The notes under the pieces are model-generated. The model was not told the DNA's origin, did not search any database, and saw only the letters and a program-made list of their open reading frames with translations. From an uncultured virus (IMG/VR IMGVR_UViG_2049941000_000050) (taxonomy: Duplodnaviria > Heunggongvirae > Uroviricota > Caudoviricetes), in IMG/VR virus record IMGVR_UViG_2049941000_000050: a stretch of DNA of 64,000 nt, one strand, 5' to 3'. The translations under genes and the position numbers were made by a program. This document shows, piece after piece, positions 20,988 to 32,878 of the stretch. Position 1 is the first letter of the stretch, and the number at the start of each line of letters is the position of its first letter.

Positions 20988-22694
20988 TCAGTTGCTGTTA
21001 CCGTTTCCGAGTGCGTTTCCGCAGTCGAACTCGAATATGTCTGAACTCAGCTAGGACATGTATGTCGGCACAATCGCGCCGGACGGTATCCGTGCCGAAA
21101 TAACGTTGCCGTTAACGTAGGTTTCGACACCCTCCATGGTCCAGCCCTCGGACGTAATCGAGCCTGGGTCGCCGCTCTTCGAGATACCGGTGTAGATATC
21201 CACCAGGTCGGACATCGCGGTGGAAATAATCGTGTGGTCCGTGTTGTTGAGCGTTAGCAACAGATATTTCACGCCGTCAATCACCGACACAGCGGCGTTG
21301 TTTACGAACACGTCGTGCGGAATGGAGATTTGCCCAACCGAAGTCTCGTTCTGATATACCGTGTACACGTTGGACGAGGTTTCGGTTGTTACCGGACCGG
21401 AAATCGTCACCTTGGAGGATGTAATCGCGGCCTCGCGTGCGGCGGTAATCTGTGCCGTAAGCGTGTTGTACTTGTTCCCAACGTCAGTTTCAATCGCGCT
21501 TGACACGGAGCTTATCACCGAGGTCAGGTTTCCGGACAGGGTCGGGAGAGCGGTGCCGCTGATGTAGTTGATATCGGCGGTAAGTTTCGCGACGTTTCCA
21601 GTAATCCCGGTAATGAGGGTGCCGCTGATGTAGTTCACATCGGACCTAAGCGAGGTGATGGAGTTGTTCAGCGTCGCGGAAACGGAGCTAATCGTGCTCG
21701 TCAGGTTTCCGGAAACGTTTTTAACGTACGTCCCGCTCAGATAAGTCGCCGCGTTTTCGATGTTGTTGTTCAGGTCGGTACTTACGTTCCCGAGCACGAC
21801 CTGTATGCTGGAGTTTATCGCGGAAATGGCGTCGCCGACGGTAATCCGGCTCACCTTACTCGAAATCGTCTCCCAACTCTGGTTTCCGGGAAGACTCTGG
21901 TTGCACTGGTAGACGTTGCCGTTATAAGTAAACAGAGAGCCCGCGTCGTAAGAATTGGTAGAAAGCCACTGCGACGGCAGTAGATTGTCGTTGATTTGGT
22001 CGCTGAGATATTTATCCTGTGCGGTCAGAACCGAGGAAACCGAATTAATGGTTGCGGTGAGACTGCCCGACATGGTCGTGCTGAGCCAGTTGTCGTTCGA
22101 GGTCAGTCGGTTGAACACATTGGTGGTCAGCGTTGAGCTCAGCCAGTCGTCGTTCGCCGTCAGAGTCGCGGAAACGGAGCTAATCGTGCTCGTCAGGTTC
22201 CCGGACATGGTCGTGCTGAGCCAGTTGTCGTTCGCCGTCAGGGTCGCGGAAACCGTGCTCATGACGTTGGTCAGCGCGTTGGAAAGGTTGGGAATCGTGG
22301 TCAGATTGATAGTGTCAATCGTTCCGCTGAGGAAATTGATTGCCGCCTGTTGGGAACCGACGTCGAGCTTCGCGATTTCCGCCGAAATGCTTTCGGGTTT
22401 CGCGACGAGGACCGTGTTTCCGGTGTCTTCTGCGGCGTTGAAAGCGGAAAGGTCGACCCTCTTTATCTTTACGTCCTAGAAGAGAGTCCCGTCAACGGAC
22501 AGATTGGTGTCGACATAGGGAAGGGTGGTGAAATTGTGCGTTCCATCACCGATTTTCATGCGCCACACAGGATTGGACAAATCATTATTGATTGCCACTA
22601 GGGCGACTTCACCGGCTTTCAGAACGGTGTTCCCGTTTGCGGTCCAGGCGGACAGCGTGTCGCGGCGAAGTTGGATAGAAGTTTTAATAGCCAT
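20988..22694 (-). CDS. Tail fibre protein with Mtd_N-like N-terminus, ~568 aa (TAGs 22478, 21053)
   Basis: IQLRRDTLSAW...LKAGEVA...MKIGDG...LPYV; joins 22476..22694 and 21051..22262; TGA 20990. Confidence 0.8.
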
Positions 22695-22759
22695 TCAAGT
22701 TGTTCTCCAAATCAAGCTCGTTTTTATTTACGGTCGGGAGACATCAATGACTGAATTTT

Positions 22760-22939
22760 TCACAAAAGATACGTTATTTTTTGGGAATTTTCCTGTTCCT
22801 CGGTCTTTTCGGGACGGAGACAGGCGCAAATCGGGCACTGGTCGTTCGCGTATTCCTTAACCTGGAACTGGCAGTACCCCCAGATAAGTTCGCAGGTTCT
22901 CGGGTTGTCTGATTGGGCGTATTTGCAAAAAGCTTCCAT
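22760..22939 (-). CDS. Small Cys-rich protein (59 aa, not in track)
   Basis: MEAFCKYAQ...CPICAC; ATG 7 nt after GTAAATA. Confidence 0.55.
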   Translation of the reverse strand: MEAFCKYAQSDNPRTCELIWGYCQFQVKEYANDQCPICACLRPEKTEEQENSQKITYLL

Positions 22940-22949
22940 TTCCCGTTAT

Positions 22950-23501
22950 TTACGGTTTTCGGGGAAGGAAAATTTCCTAAATCAGAGGGTACCCCTCAAA
23001 AACCTTGGACGGCTTTCTGGTTTTTCTGGTGACTCTGAAATCCCCGATAATCCCGAATTTTTTGAAAAAAACCTTCGGTTCGAGCTTATAGACGTAAAAA
23101 CCCTCTTTTTGCCAAACCCATTTCTAGTCTATCGAAAATGAACGCTGATTTCGGTTGAAAGAGCCTTTGACGTCAACGTAAATGTAGTTGTTTTCGTCCC
23201 CGAACGGGACTTTGAACTCGTTTCTCAGGTTTTCCGCCCCGGGGTTGAACCTTATCAGGAAATCCGGGCTGTAAACGTGGTCCCGGAAAAGTGTTTTCTC
23301 CCTTTTCCCCGAACGGTAGGTCGCCTTTTTGGAAAGCGTGAACGTTCTCGGCTGATACCAGAACTCCTCGACTATCCCGAGTTTCTGGGCTTCGAGAAGC
23401 CACTAATAAACGAGAACCTCTTCGTTACTGTCCACGCGGACGTTTTCTTCCGTTCTGTCGTCGAAAACCGAGAACTGACTGTTTTTGTTCTTACCTGGCA
23501 T
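22950..23501 (-). CDS. DUF1064-like PD-(D/E)xK nuclease, visible only with TAG as sense (TAGs 23405, 23126, 22979)
   Basis: Hand translation, 183 aa: VDSNEE...WYQPRTFTL...VYSPDF...IYVDVKG. Confidence 0.75.
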
Positions 23502-24180
23502 TTACCATCCTCCTGACGTACTGGATTACCTCCCCGCCGACCGGGGACGAGAAAACCGACCTCAGAATCTCGGTTTTTCCTCTCGAGTACTTATCGACCG
23601 CGTCGTTTATTTCGGAAACGCACCTCGCGTCGCCGAGGTTTCTGTCCTTCGGGAGGTTCCTCACTTTCGCGCCGTACTCCCATTTCAGAATCTTGAACAC
23701 GGAATAGCTGTCCAGGCTTCTGTTTTTAACCAGAAACGCGTTTCCCCTTCCGAACGGGTCGCTTTTTCTGAAAAGCGAGTTGAACACGTTCTCAGAGAGG
23801 GAATTGAACATTCCGAGGTCGATTTTTATGTCCTTTTCTTTCAAGACAAACTTTATCTCCGGTTTCGAGGCAATCGCGGACCGGAGCCTCGCCGGGAAAA
23901 CCCCGCCCGTTGAATTTTTCAGAAGAATGTTGTCCGCCGGGTAGCATGAGCCGATTACGATAAGGAAATCCCTTCCGGATTCGGTGTATTCCGGAACCAG
24001 ACCCGAAACCGCCTCCTTGAAATAAAGTGAGAATTTTTTCTCAAGGGAGGACTCGGAAGCCCGCGACGAAAATATGTAGGTTCCGTCATCCCCCCTCGAA
24101 AAACTGTCGCCGTATTCCCCGAAAAACCTCAAAAAGCACATGTCGAGGACGTTTTTGTGGAAAATCGCGTGGAGCTTCAC
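23491..24180 (-). CDS. Hypothetical protein
   Basis: 229-aa ORF overlapping both neighbours. Confidence 0.65.
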   Translation of the reverse strand: MKLHAIFHKNVLDMCFLRFFGEYGDSFSRGDDGTYIFSSRASESSLEKKFSLYFKEAVSGLVPEYTESGRDFLIVIGSCYPADNILLKNSTGGVFPARLRSAIASKPEIKFVLKEKDIKIDLGMFNSLSENVFNSLFRKSDPFGRGNAFLVKNRSLDSYSVFKILKWEYGAKVRNLPKDRNLGDARCVSEINDAVDKYSRGKTEILRSVFSSPVGGEVIQYVRRMVNAR

Positions 24181-25124
24181 AAGACAAACCCGTAGTCCAG
24201 AACATCCCTCCGCTCGCTCTCGAAATCCAGTTTCTCGTCGAGCATTCTCGACACCCTTTTCTTGAGAGACTTCGGGATTTTTTTGAAATTTATGAGATAT
24301 GCGTTGAGCTTGAACCTCTCAGTCGCGGACAAATCCTTCCTCAGCATCGTGTTCAGCCTTCCGCGGTCCATAACCAAATCGAACGACTTCTTGTCTCCGT
24401 ACTTCGGGAAAACGTTCCTTATGTTGTCCGAAACGTCGCCGCGGATGACTTTCCAGAGGACAAACTCGCTTCTCGAGAGAACCACGTTGTTGATTCCGGG
24501 AACAGTTCTCATAACCCGTTCCCCCCAGCAGTTATACTGCTCAACGTCTTTCAGCTGGAGAAAATCCCGGTCGGAAGAAAATAAAACCCTCAGCATGTAA
24601 TCCGGGTACTTTTCCATTATGACGGCGACGATGTCGTCGCACTCGCACGATTTGTCGCCGACGATTCTGCACCCGGCTCTCTCCACGCCTATTTCCTCGT
24701 AAATGACGTTTTGGATATAATCCTTGATGGCGAACACGTCGTATCTTTTCTTTTGTGCCCTCCTCTGGGCCTTGTACAGCGGGTACGCCTTCTTCCGGAA
24801 ATTGTCGGACAGCTTGCCATCCAGCGCGAACACAAAATCCACCCCGCTGGCGCAGTCGACGCAGTCGCGGTGGTTGTCCCTGACAATCTGCTTCAGGTAG
24901 TCGAACTTCCTCTGGACGCTCTCACTGAGCCGACGTTTGAATGAGTTGTAGTTCAACAGGTTCGGAAGATTCTCCTGGTCGGTGTCCTTCGCTTCGCGGA
25001 GCACCGTGGACGCCTCCGCGGCGTTTTCCCTTTCCCAGTTCGAGACCGCGTTGTTGATGCAGACGTACTCGAAATTCGATGAGTCTATCACGACCAGTAT
25101 CCTGGTTGACCTGTCGAACATCAC
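24177..25124 (-). CDS. rnh: 5'-3' exonuclease / T4-type RNase H
   Basis: VIDSSN, FRKKAYPLYKAQR, ECDDI, SSDRDFLQL, RGDVSDNI. Confidence 0.88.
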   Translation of the reverse strand: MMFDRSTRILVVIDSSNFEYVCINNAVSNWERENAAEASTVLREAKDTDQENLPNLLNYNSFKRRLSESVQRKFDYLKQIVRDNHRDCVDCASGVDFVFALDGKLSDNFRKKAYPLYKAQRRAQKKRYDVFAIKDYIQNVIYEEIGVERAGCRIVGDKSCECDDIVAVIMEKYPDYMLRVLFSSDRDFLQLKDVEQYNCWGERVMRTVPGINNVVLSRSEFVLWKVIRGDVSDNIRNVFPKYGDKKSFDLVMDRGRLNTMLRKDLSATERFKLNAYLINFKKIPKSLKKRVSRMLDEKLDFESERRDVLDYGFVL

Positions 25125-25903
25125 AGTCCCTCACTTAGGAGCCGCTTCATGGCTCTGACCTCGTCCGGGTAGTTCGACCTTATGTCCTGATTCTTGACGC
25201 ACCAGGAAAGGTACTGCGGGTCGTCCGCGGCTTCCGAGATTTTCCTGCCCTTGTATTTTCCGAAGGAGAAAAATTCGGCATCACGCTCCTTTTTCATAAA
25301 ATCGAAAGCCTCTCCCACCGAACGAATCCCCTCCCTCTCCATAACCTTTCTGAGAATCGTCCTGGTCGCGAAAATGTTGTTGCCCATACTTCTGTCTATG
25401 TCCATGTTCCCGATTCCGAAATATTCCATAACCGACTTGGTGCTGTGGTTGCCTATCTCGGTTATCGGGACGGATATTATACAGAGTTTCATGACGTCGA
25501 GAAGCGTCCCCGGATGAAAATCGACCCTTTTTTTAAAAAGCCTCTCGAAGGTGGAGTTAAGTACCCTGAGGTCGTAGTTTACGTGGTTATATCCTATAAT
25601 AGGGACGTTTTTCTCGGAAAACGCCCTCAGAATGCCGAATATGCGGACCATCGATTCCGCGAGGCTTTTGTATTCCGTGTCTTTTTCCCATTCACCCTAG
25701 GAAAAACCGTGGAGCGCGGTCCCGTTCGGGAGGATTTTTTCGTCGGGGATTATCTTCATCTCGAGGTACTTTTTGTCGGGGTCGGAGTCCGAAAGAAAAT
25801 CCCTCTCGCCGATTATTTCGCACCCGAAGCGGACCGGGCAGTTGTTCGAACCGTACAAATCGTTCTCGGTCGTAAAAACGTCTATAAATGCAATTTTGTC
25901 CAC
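25121..25903 (-). CDS. DnaQ/ExoX-like exonuclease fold with degenerate motifs (TAG 25699)
   Basis: ALHG, IGYNHVNYDL, C-terminal FGKYKG...PQYLSW; two ORFs join via TAG. Confidence 0.7.
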
Positions 25904-25910
25904 GGATATA

Positions 25911-26822
25911 TTATACGCGGGGAGCATCCGAGATAATATTCTTAAACATCGGAGTCAAAATCTTTTCGTAGAACTCGTCGACGCCGACTCTGAAAACCCC
26001 CCTGAGCATGTGCCTTTCACCGTTCAAAACGTACTGTCCGGACCGTTTAACCCGGTCGAAGAAACCGGACTTAACGCAAACGGAATATTTTTTCAACGCG
26101 CCGAGCCTTTCCGCAAATTTTGAATAGAGAATCGTCCCGGAATTCGGAAAATAATTCTGGATTATCTCCATCTCTTTTCGTCCGTCTTCAATGTGGTCGA
26201 AAATCCTGCTTCTGTCATGGACGACGACGCATATCGGTTTCTGTTTGAAACGGGTCTTGAACAATTCGGAAACGAAATTTTCGTCGATTCCGTATGGGAC
26301 GCTGACACAGTGTTCCATAAGGGAAATGATATTCTTAATCTTTTCCTGGGTTTCGGTTTCAATTGTTTTCGGGCGGACAATCATCGTTCCGGCGGCGAAA
26401 CAGTGTTTGTTTTTCAAAAACTGTCTCGTTTCGAAAACCAAAAGGCAGAACTGCGGCCTGTCCTGGAGATATTCGATTTCTGAGAAATATTTTTCGATTG
26501 GGTAGTCTCCCTCAGCGGAAACCGCGATGTCGGATTCGTTGTCGAAAAAAGCCTCGAACCGCCAGAACATGCCGTTCAACCCGCTGTTTCTCCGGTGGAT
26601 TCCGTAGATTATCCCGGAATCGTCTATCCGCTCCTGTCTTAGAATGTCCTTGATGACCTTCAGCGTGAAGTCATCCGTGTGGATTTTTATGAAAACGTTT
26701 TTGCCTTTCAGACCGCTTTTGTTGTAGGTGTCGATATTGTCGCACATTCTGAGAATGTACGACAACGAATTGTCGACGTTGTCCGAGGAGAAAATCGAAT
26801 AGTGGAAACAGATTCTTTCCAT
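25911..26822 (-). CDS. Putative glycosyltransferase-like protein
   Basis: GMFWRFEAFFD...D.AVSAEGD, AAGT, YGIDENF; family call from motif recall. Confidence 0.5.
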   Translation of the reverse strand: MERICFHYSIFSSDNVDNSLSYILRMCDNIDTYNKSGLKGKNVFIKIHTDDFTLKVIKDILRQERIDDSGIIYGIHRRNSGLNGMFWRFEAFFDNESDIAVSAEGDYPIEKYFSEIEYLQDRPQFCLLVFETRQFLKNKHCFAAGTMIVRPKTIETETQEKIKNIISLMEHCVSVPYGIDENFVSELFKTRFKQKPICVVVHDRSRIFDHIEDGRKEMEIIQNYFPNSGTILYSKFAERLGALKKYSVCVKSGFFDRVKRSGQYVLNGERHMLRGVFRVGVDEFYEKILTPMFKNIISDAPRV

Positions 26823-26824
26823 AA

Positions 26825-29800
26825 TCAGTCCGTGTAGATGAACGTGTCGGCCCGTTTCTCGCGAATCGCCTTCATCGTGTTCCGGATTACCTTCTTGGTC
26901 TTCTTTATGTCCTCGACCGTGCATTTGTCCGGTTTGCCAACCTTTCTGAAAATTTCATCGCTCGGCATTTCCAGGTACTTGTTCAGAATCTGGAGGCATT
27001 TTCTCAGGAAACGCTGTACGATTGACAAATTGTTCAGCATCTCGTTGGTCTCGATTGGGGTGCAGTACTGGAGCTTCGGGTTGAGGTCGAGGTTGTACGA
27101 GCGGAATCCGCGGTTGTCGTCGTCTTCCTCAAACATCGTCAGCGAGAGACCGTAGGTGTAGTCGTTGTGTGTGAAGCGGCATCTCGCGCATAGTGAGTTT
27201 CTCTTCCAGTCGGCCCACTGGGACCACTTGAATTCCTTGCCGATTTCTGGGAAGCAGTAGAACCCCTCGTCCTCGGTGTGCTTGATTCCGAAGTCGGAGA
27301 AGGAGACAATTTTTCTCCCGGAGTTCGTGTAAATCTGCTCGCCAGCGGCGTTCTTCCCGCGGGAACGGGACTTGTCAATGTTTCCCTTTCGAAACTCGCC
27401 GCCCTCGGCGACCGGCTTAACCGGGAGATAGTTTACCCTCTTCTCTCTCACCCCGGAGAGGAGTTTCGAGAAGAACGGGTCGCTTTCGGGCCAGAGTTCG
27501 AAAAGCCTGGAGCACATCTTCTTGCAGAAAACGGTCCTGAAGAACTCCTGCATCTGGAGGGGGGTCAGCTTCTCGGTACCGTTCACCCTTGAGTCCCACT
27601 CCACGCCGTTGGTGTCCAGGAATATCTCCACCGTGTCGCCGTTCTTGAGTCCGAACACGACATCGACCGCCTTATCCGGGTAATTTTTTGGGGTGTACGG
27701 CTTTTCGTCGGTCCCGTCTTCCTCGGAAACCTGCATGTTGTAGGCGACTATTCCAATCTCGGAATCGGATATGGTCCGGTCGTCCAGATGGATGTCCGGG
27801 CGGTCCCCGTCCTCCTCGTCGATTCGTTTCGGCTCAATGTCGATATTCTTTTCCATAGATTCACCCGCGTCGGTCGTTGCTTCTGATGGCCTGTTTCTCT
27901 CAATCATTCTCATTGTTTCCTGGGGGATTTTTTTCGAGTCAAAAACATCTTTGAAAAACTCAACGTTGTTTCCAAATGTCACTTCTTCGATGTTTGGACA
28001 TTCATAAAAAGTTTCGTTCATAACCAAACATTTATCTTTTTCCGACTGAATGTCTACTGTAGTCAATTGACTGCAAGAACGAAAAGCCCCCACATCAACA
28101 ATGTACACATTTTTTGGAATTACAACACTCGTTAATCCGCAATACGCGAACGCCTCTATACCTATCACTCCTACGGATTCCGGAATCGATATATCTTTTA
28201 AATTATCACATCTAAAAAACATGTAAATTGGAATTTCCTTTATCCCGTCGGGAATTCTGATACTCGATAATTTCTCACAGCCCTCAAACGCATACGCATC
28301 AATAGATACAACGCTATTTGGAATAAATACGCTCGTTAAATTTTCACAATATCCAAAGGCATTGTTTCCTATTTTGGTCAGTCCGTCGGGAAGAATAATA
28401 TTTTTCACTTTGGACGAGTAAAACGCATATTTCCCGATACTCTTCACATTTTTGGGGATGATTATCTCGTCTACGCGAGAAAACGCAAACGCCTACGGTT
28501 CGATTTCTGTAAAATCGTCCGTTTCAACGAGTTTCCCGTTTTCGGATTTAAAGAATTTTCCGTTTATAAACGCGACATTGTATTTTATTTTTATAACACT
28601 GGCGATTTTTCCATCGATTAATTTCTTATACATCGGAAAAATATTAACGTCAGATGGGGAGTAGTTGTATTTTCGCTTAACGATTTGTTCACTATTCTCG
28701 TCGAACAAAACCCGGATACAACCAAATTGCTGAGCAAACCCGTCTTCCGGTTGCTGGTATTCTTCGACATATTTATTCCAAATCTCTTCCTGAGAGTACG
28801 GCTTAAACGTCTCGTAGAAATTCACACCGAAAAACTCGGAAATCTGTTTCGTGTCCATCATGTTGTCGTTGGCACCCTGTTCATGATTCCACCGGCACGT
28901 ACAGGTGTTCAGCGAACCGTCGTCGTTAACCCCAACAGCAATCATCGATTTGCCGTATGTGTCCATCGGGCACCCGTCGCCCTCTTTTTTCGGGACTTTC
29001 TCAAACCCGTCCGCCAGACAGAAATAAAATCTCCCCAGTCCGCCGCCGGTGTAGTTGTTGTACATGTTTTCGTCATGCGCCACACACCACGAGACGTATT
29101 TCCCGTATTTCTCGGCTTCTTCAAAACTGTCTATCGGGACAATCCTATAGTCCGCGTTTTTTATGAGCTTGAGTTTTCTCAACTCATCTTTGTCGGAATC
29201 GAGCTCTTTTGAAACGGAAGTTTTGAACTTGTCGTTGATTTCTTCCGCCGTCAAACCGTTAAAGTTGTTGTCGTATTCGTCGGCGTGGGACGTTGCCAGA
29301 ATCTTGAGGGTTTTGTTAAGCTGGGACATGGTCCGCTGGAGATTTCGCGGGTCGGACTGAAAATCGAAATAGATTCTGGTTACCCCGAGAAGGAATTTGC
29401 AGTCCGCCAGTCTCGAACTCGGAACCATGTTCCTGATTTCCTGTGTCAGAACCCTCGGGGTTATTACCGTGCCGTCTTCGAGTTTCTGACCTATGACCTC
29501 CGGGTGATTGTCCTTAATCCACTTTTCGCATTTGTTTATGTTTTTCCCCTCTTTGTCCTCGACCAAAAGCGACTCGAACACCGTCGAGTCGCGGCGGNNN
29601 NNNNNNNNNNNNNNNNNNNNNNNNNNNNNNNNNNNNNNNNNNNNNNNNNNNNNNNCGGTTTGAGCGGGACCGCCGTTTTTCCCGCAAAGAATCCCGCAGA
29701 TTTTCGCAAACGTGGCGTCGGTGACGAAAGACGGGAAATAGTCCCTCAGGAACTTTTTCTCGTCTATTTTCCCTCTGGCGTCGGAAGCCGAATACCCGGG

Positions 29801-32800
29801 GATTTCGACGTGGAAACTGGTTTCCGCCGGGGGGAGGATTCTCACGCCGTTGCTTTTGAAGAAACCCGTGTCGATTTGGTCAAACCTTCTGTCGTCCCCG
29901 CCCTTGTCGGACACGCCAAGGATTACGTCGCAGTCTTTCAGCAGTGATATCTTTCTCAACGCGCTCTTAATCGGGTTCGCGTCGCTCCCGAGTTCGGCGC
30001 GGACGTTTTTCAGCCCCGAATCCCCCAGGCAGAGGTTTATGATTTTTGCCGCGTCCGCCGGGGAAATCGTTCCGCCGAGACGGGTTTTCCTTTCGGATTC
30101 TTCCCCGGGTTTGGAAACCACGACGACCACGTCGTCGCAAATGTCCGCGTAATGCTCGACCATTTCCATGTGGTGCTTCCCGAACGGTCTGAAAGAGCCC
30201 GGAATGAACGCCACGGTTTTTCTTTTCCCACCCGACTCGCCAAATACGGCTTCTTCCTTACCCATGATATCCTAAATCCTCTTTTTTGTCTCTTCGGACA
30301 GCTTCGGACATTTCTTAAACGCGAATTGTTCGATTTTTTTCACGCTGTCCGGTATTATAACGTCGCGAAGGTTGTCGCAATGATAGAACGCTGTTTTTTC
30401 TATTTCTTCCACCCCATCCTTTATTTCTACGGTTTCAATCCCATCACACCAGAAGAAAGATGACTGCGGTATCTTTTTCAGGCTTCCCGGAATGGTTATG
30501 TCCGTTAACTTGTAGCAGTGGTTGAAAACCGCGTTCCCCATAACTTCCAGTGATTCCGGAAGGGTCACCCTTTCCAGTTCCTGACAGTCGGCGAACGCCG
30601 AGTCCCCTATATACCGAACACCGTTCGGTATGTCCAGCTCCCTAAGGGCACACCTTTCGAAAGCGCAGTCACCGATATTATTCACCGTGTCGGGAATTTC
30701 TATTTCCCTGAGATATTCGCACCCGCTAAACGTATATTCATCTATGTTTTTGACTCCGCGACCGATTTTGACAGACTTGAGCCTGGTTGCGAGCTGGAAA
30801 GCCGAGTGTCCGAGCCACGCTACGGAATCCGGGATGACAACGCTATTTAAAAATTCGCACCGCATGAAAGCCATCGGACCGATGATGGTTACGCCGTCCG
30901 GAATCACCAATTCCCTGATTTTGCACCCATAAAACGCCCCATCCCAAATTGTTTTCAGGTCTTTCGGGAAAATGACGCGTTCCAAATTCTTGCATTTGGC
31001 GAACATTTCCTTGGGTATTTTGGTAAAGTAATCCGGGATGTTTATCTGTGTGATAGACTCCGCGTATTTCCGGACAAGTTTGTAAAACTGGTCCGGGTCC
31101 TTGGCCTCGGAAATCTTTTTGTTTACGGAATCGCTGACATCTGTTCGAATCTGCTATTTGAAAATCTTCTCACACTCGTTGCCGTATTTCAAATTGTAAA
31201 GTTCGGTGTTTTCGTCGTTTCTGTCGAGAATCGGGTTTCTGAAATCGGAATCCGCCTGCCCGATGAGGAGCTCATTTCCCCTTCCAACCATTTTATTGTA
31301 GATTTTTATAACGGTCGGGTCAGACAGGTCCCCGACGGAAAACTCGACATCCTTCGGAAATCTCTCGAGGAACCAGTATTGTGTGTAGTCTTCCCCAAAA
31401 CCCTCAGAATAGTCGTCCCAGTGGTTCTTGGAATGCGTGCAGTAGGGGGTTTGGTCGGTCGGGTCTCCCCACACGTCGCCGCGCCCCAGAGTCTTCGCGT
31501 TCTACCAGAGGTGATACACGAATTTGTTGGTGGTTTCGTATCCACGGGTCGCCCAACACATAACGTTGGTCGTAAACGCGAGAAGCCTGATGTCCTTTCT
31601 GTCGTTTTCGTCGAGTTTGTATTTCTCGTTTCCTGTCGGAATTTCCGACTTGGAATACAGCTCGTCGCCCATAGCGGAAATGACCCGTCTCGCGCCGTCA
31701 AAACGCCTGATTCTGTCAAAATCCTTGAGCGGGTCGACCCGGACTTTCTTCCCGTCCTCGGTTCCCACCTCTACCCTTTTTCCGACCATGTCGGACTGCC
31801 TGAAAATCTCCGCGTACTTTTCGTAGGTCTTCAGGTCGTCGAGGATGTTGTCAAGGTTGTCAACGAAAGTAGTTTTAAGCGTTTTCTCGTCGGTTCCTAA
31901 TTTCCTCTCGTTCCGGTACCAGCGGATTATCCTGTCCGCGTGGCGGCGTTTCTTGTCCAGTTTTTCCCTGATGGCTCTCTCGATGCCGTCATCCGGGTTT
32001 TCCGGGATAGTCATTCCCTCGTCGACCACAGACTCCGAAACAACGTCGGAACCCGACATAACCGGGAACCTTTTCTCGCTGTCGAACGAGCACTCGTACT
32101 TCTCTTCCCCGCTTTTTTCCTAATCGGCGAGAATCTTAACGTCGCAGACTATGTTGTAATAATAGCGGTCGTTTTTCTTCAGTTTCTTCTCAATGCCTTT
32201 TGCGCGGAACTGGATTCTCCCGACGCGGTAAGCCTCCTCGAGAGTTTTCAGCTCCTTCCCGTCCTTTGTCTTCAGACCGAGCGGGTTGTATTCCCGGTCG
32301 ACGATATAAAGCTCGTCGCCGACCTGGATGTAGTACACCGGCTCTTTCTTGGCGGAGGCGTAATAGTCGGAAATCGTTTTCCCGAAACCGTCCAGCGGGA
32401 TTTTGTCGGTGATGAACTGGACGTCGTTGTCGGTGTCGTCGACGCTTCCGCTGGCTTTCCACGCCTTTATCAGTTTCGGGGTTATGTCCTTCGGAAGAAC
32501 GACGTCGTCCTTCTTCAGATACTCTTTACAAAAGGAGACGAACTTTTTGGAGCCGCTTTCCAGCTTTTCGAGATAAAACTCGGTCAGTGGATTTTCCTCC
32601 CTTGTTGTGGTGCAGGACCATTTCCCGTCGCGATACTTGAAGCTGGGGCCGCCCAGGTTGGCGTATTTGTTCTTTTTCACCTCTATCCAGACGCGGTTCC
32701 CGCTCTTCTCGTTCTCGACGTAAACGTCGGAGTAGAATTTCGTGTCCGTCCCGGAATAGCGGGAAACTTTCATACCGCCCTTTCCGCCGATTTTCAGGAA

Positions 32801-32878
32801 TTTCTCTATGTTGTCCCTTATTTCGGTCTCGAACTTGTCGGACTCGGTCTCGGAAGTCTTCAGTCCCTCGCAAATCAT
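26825..32878 (-). CDS. Giant multidomain protein, ~2000 aa: PD-(D/E)xK-like, BspA/LRR_5 arrays, HIGH-type nucleotidyltransferase-like (TAGs 32122, 31504, 31156, 30274, 28495; spans N-gap)
   Basis: Six track ORFs lie in one frame separated only by TAG; xIPxxVxxIGxxAF repeats; IPGSFRPFGKHH; SDVYV...IEVK. Confidence 0.7.

Noticed and set aside
16212..22694. Diversity-generating retroelement suggested by Mtd_N-like fibres
   Set aside because: No reverse transcriptase and no TR/VR pair with adenine-specific mismatches seen in the window
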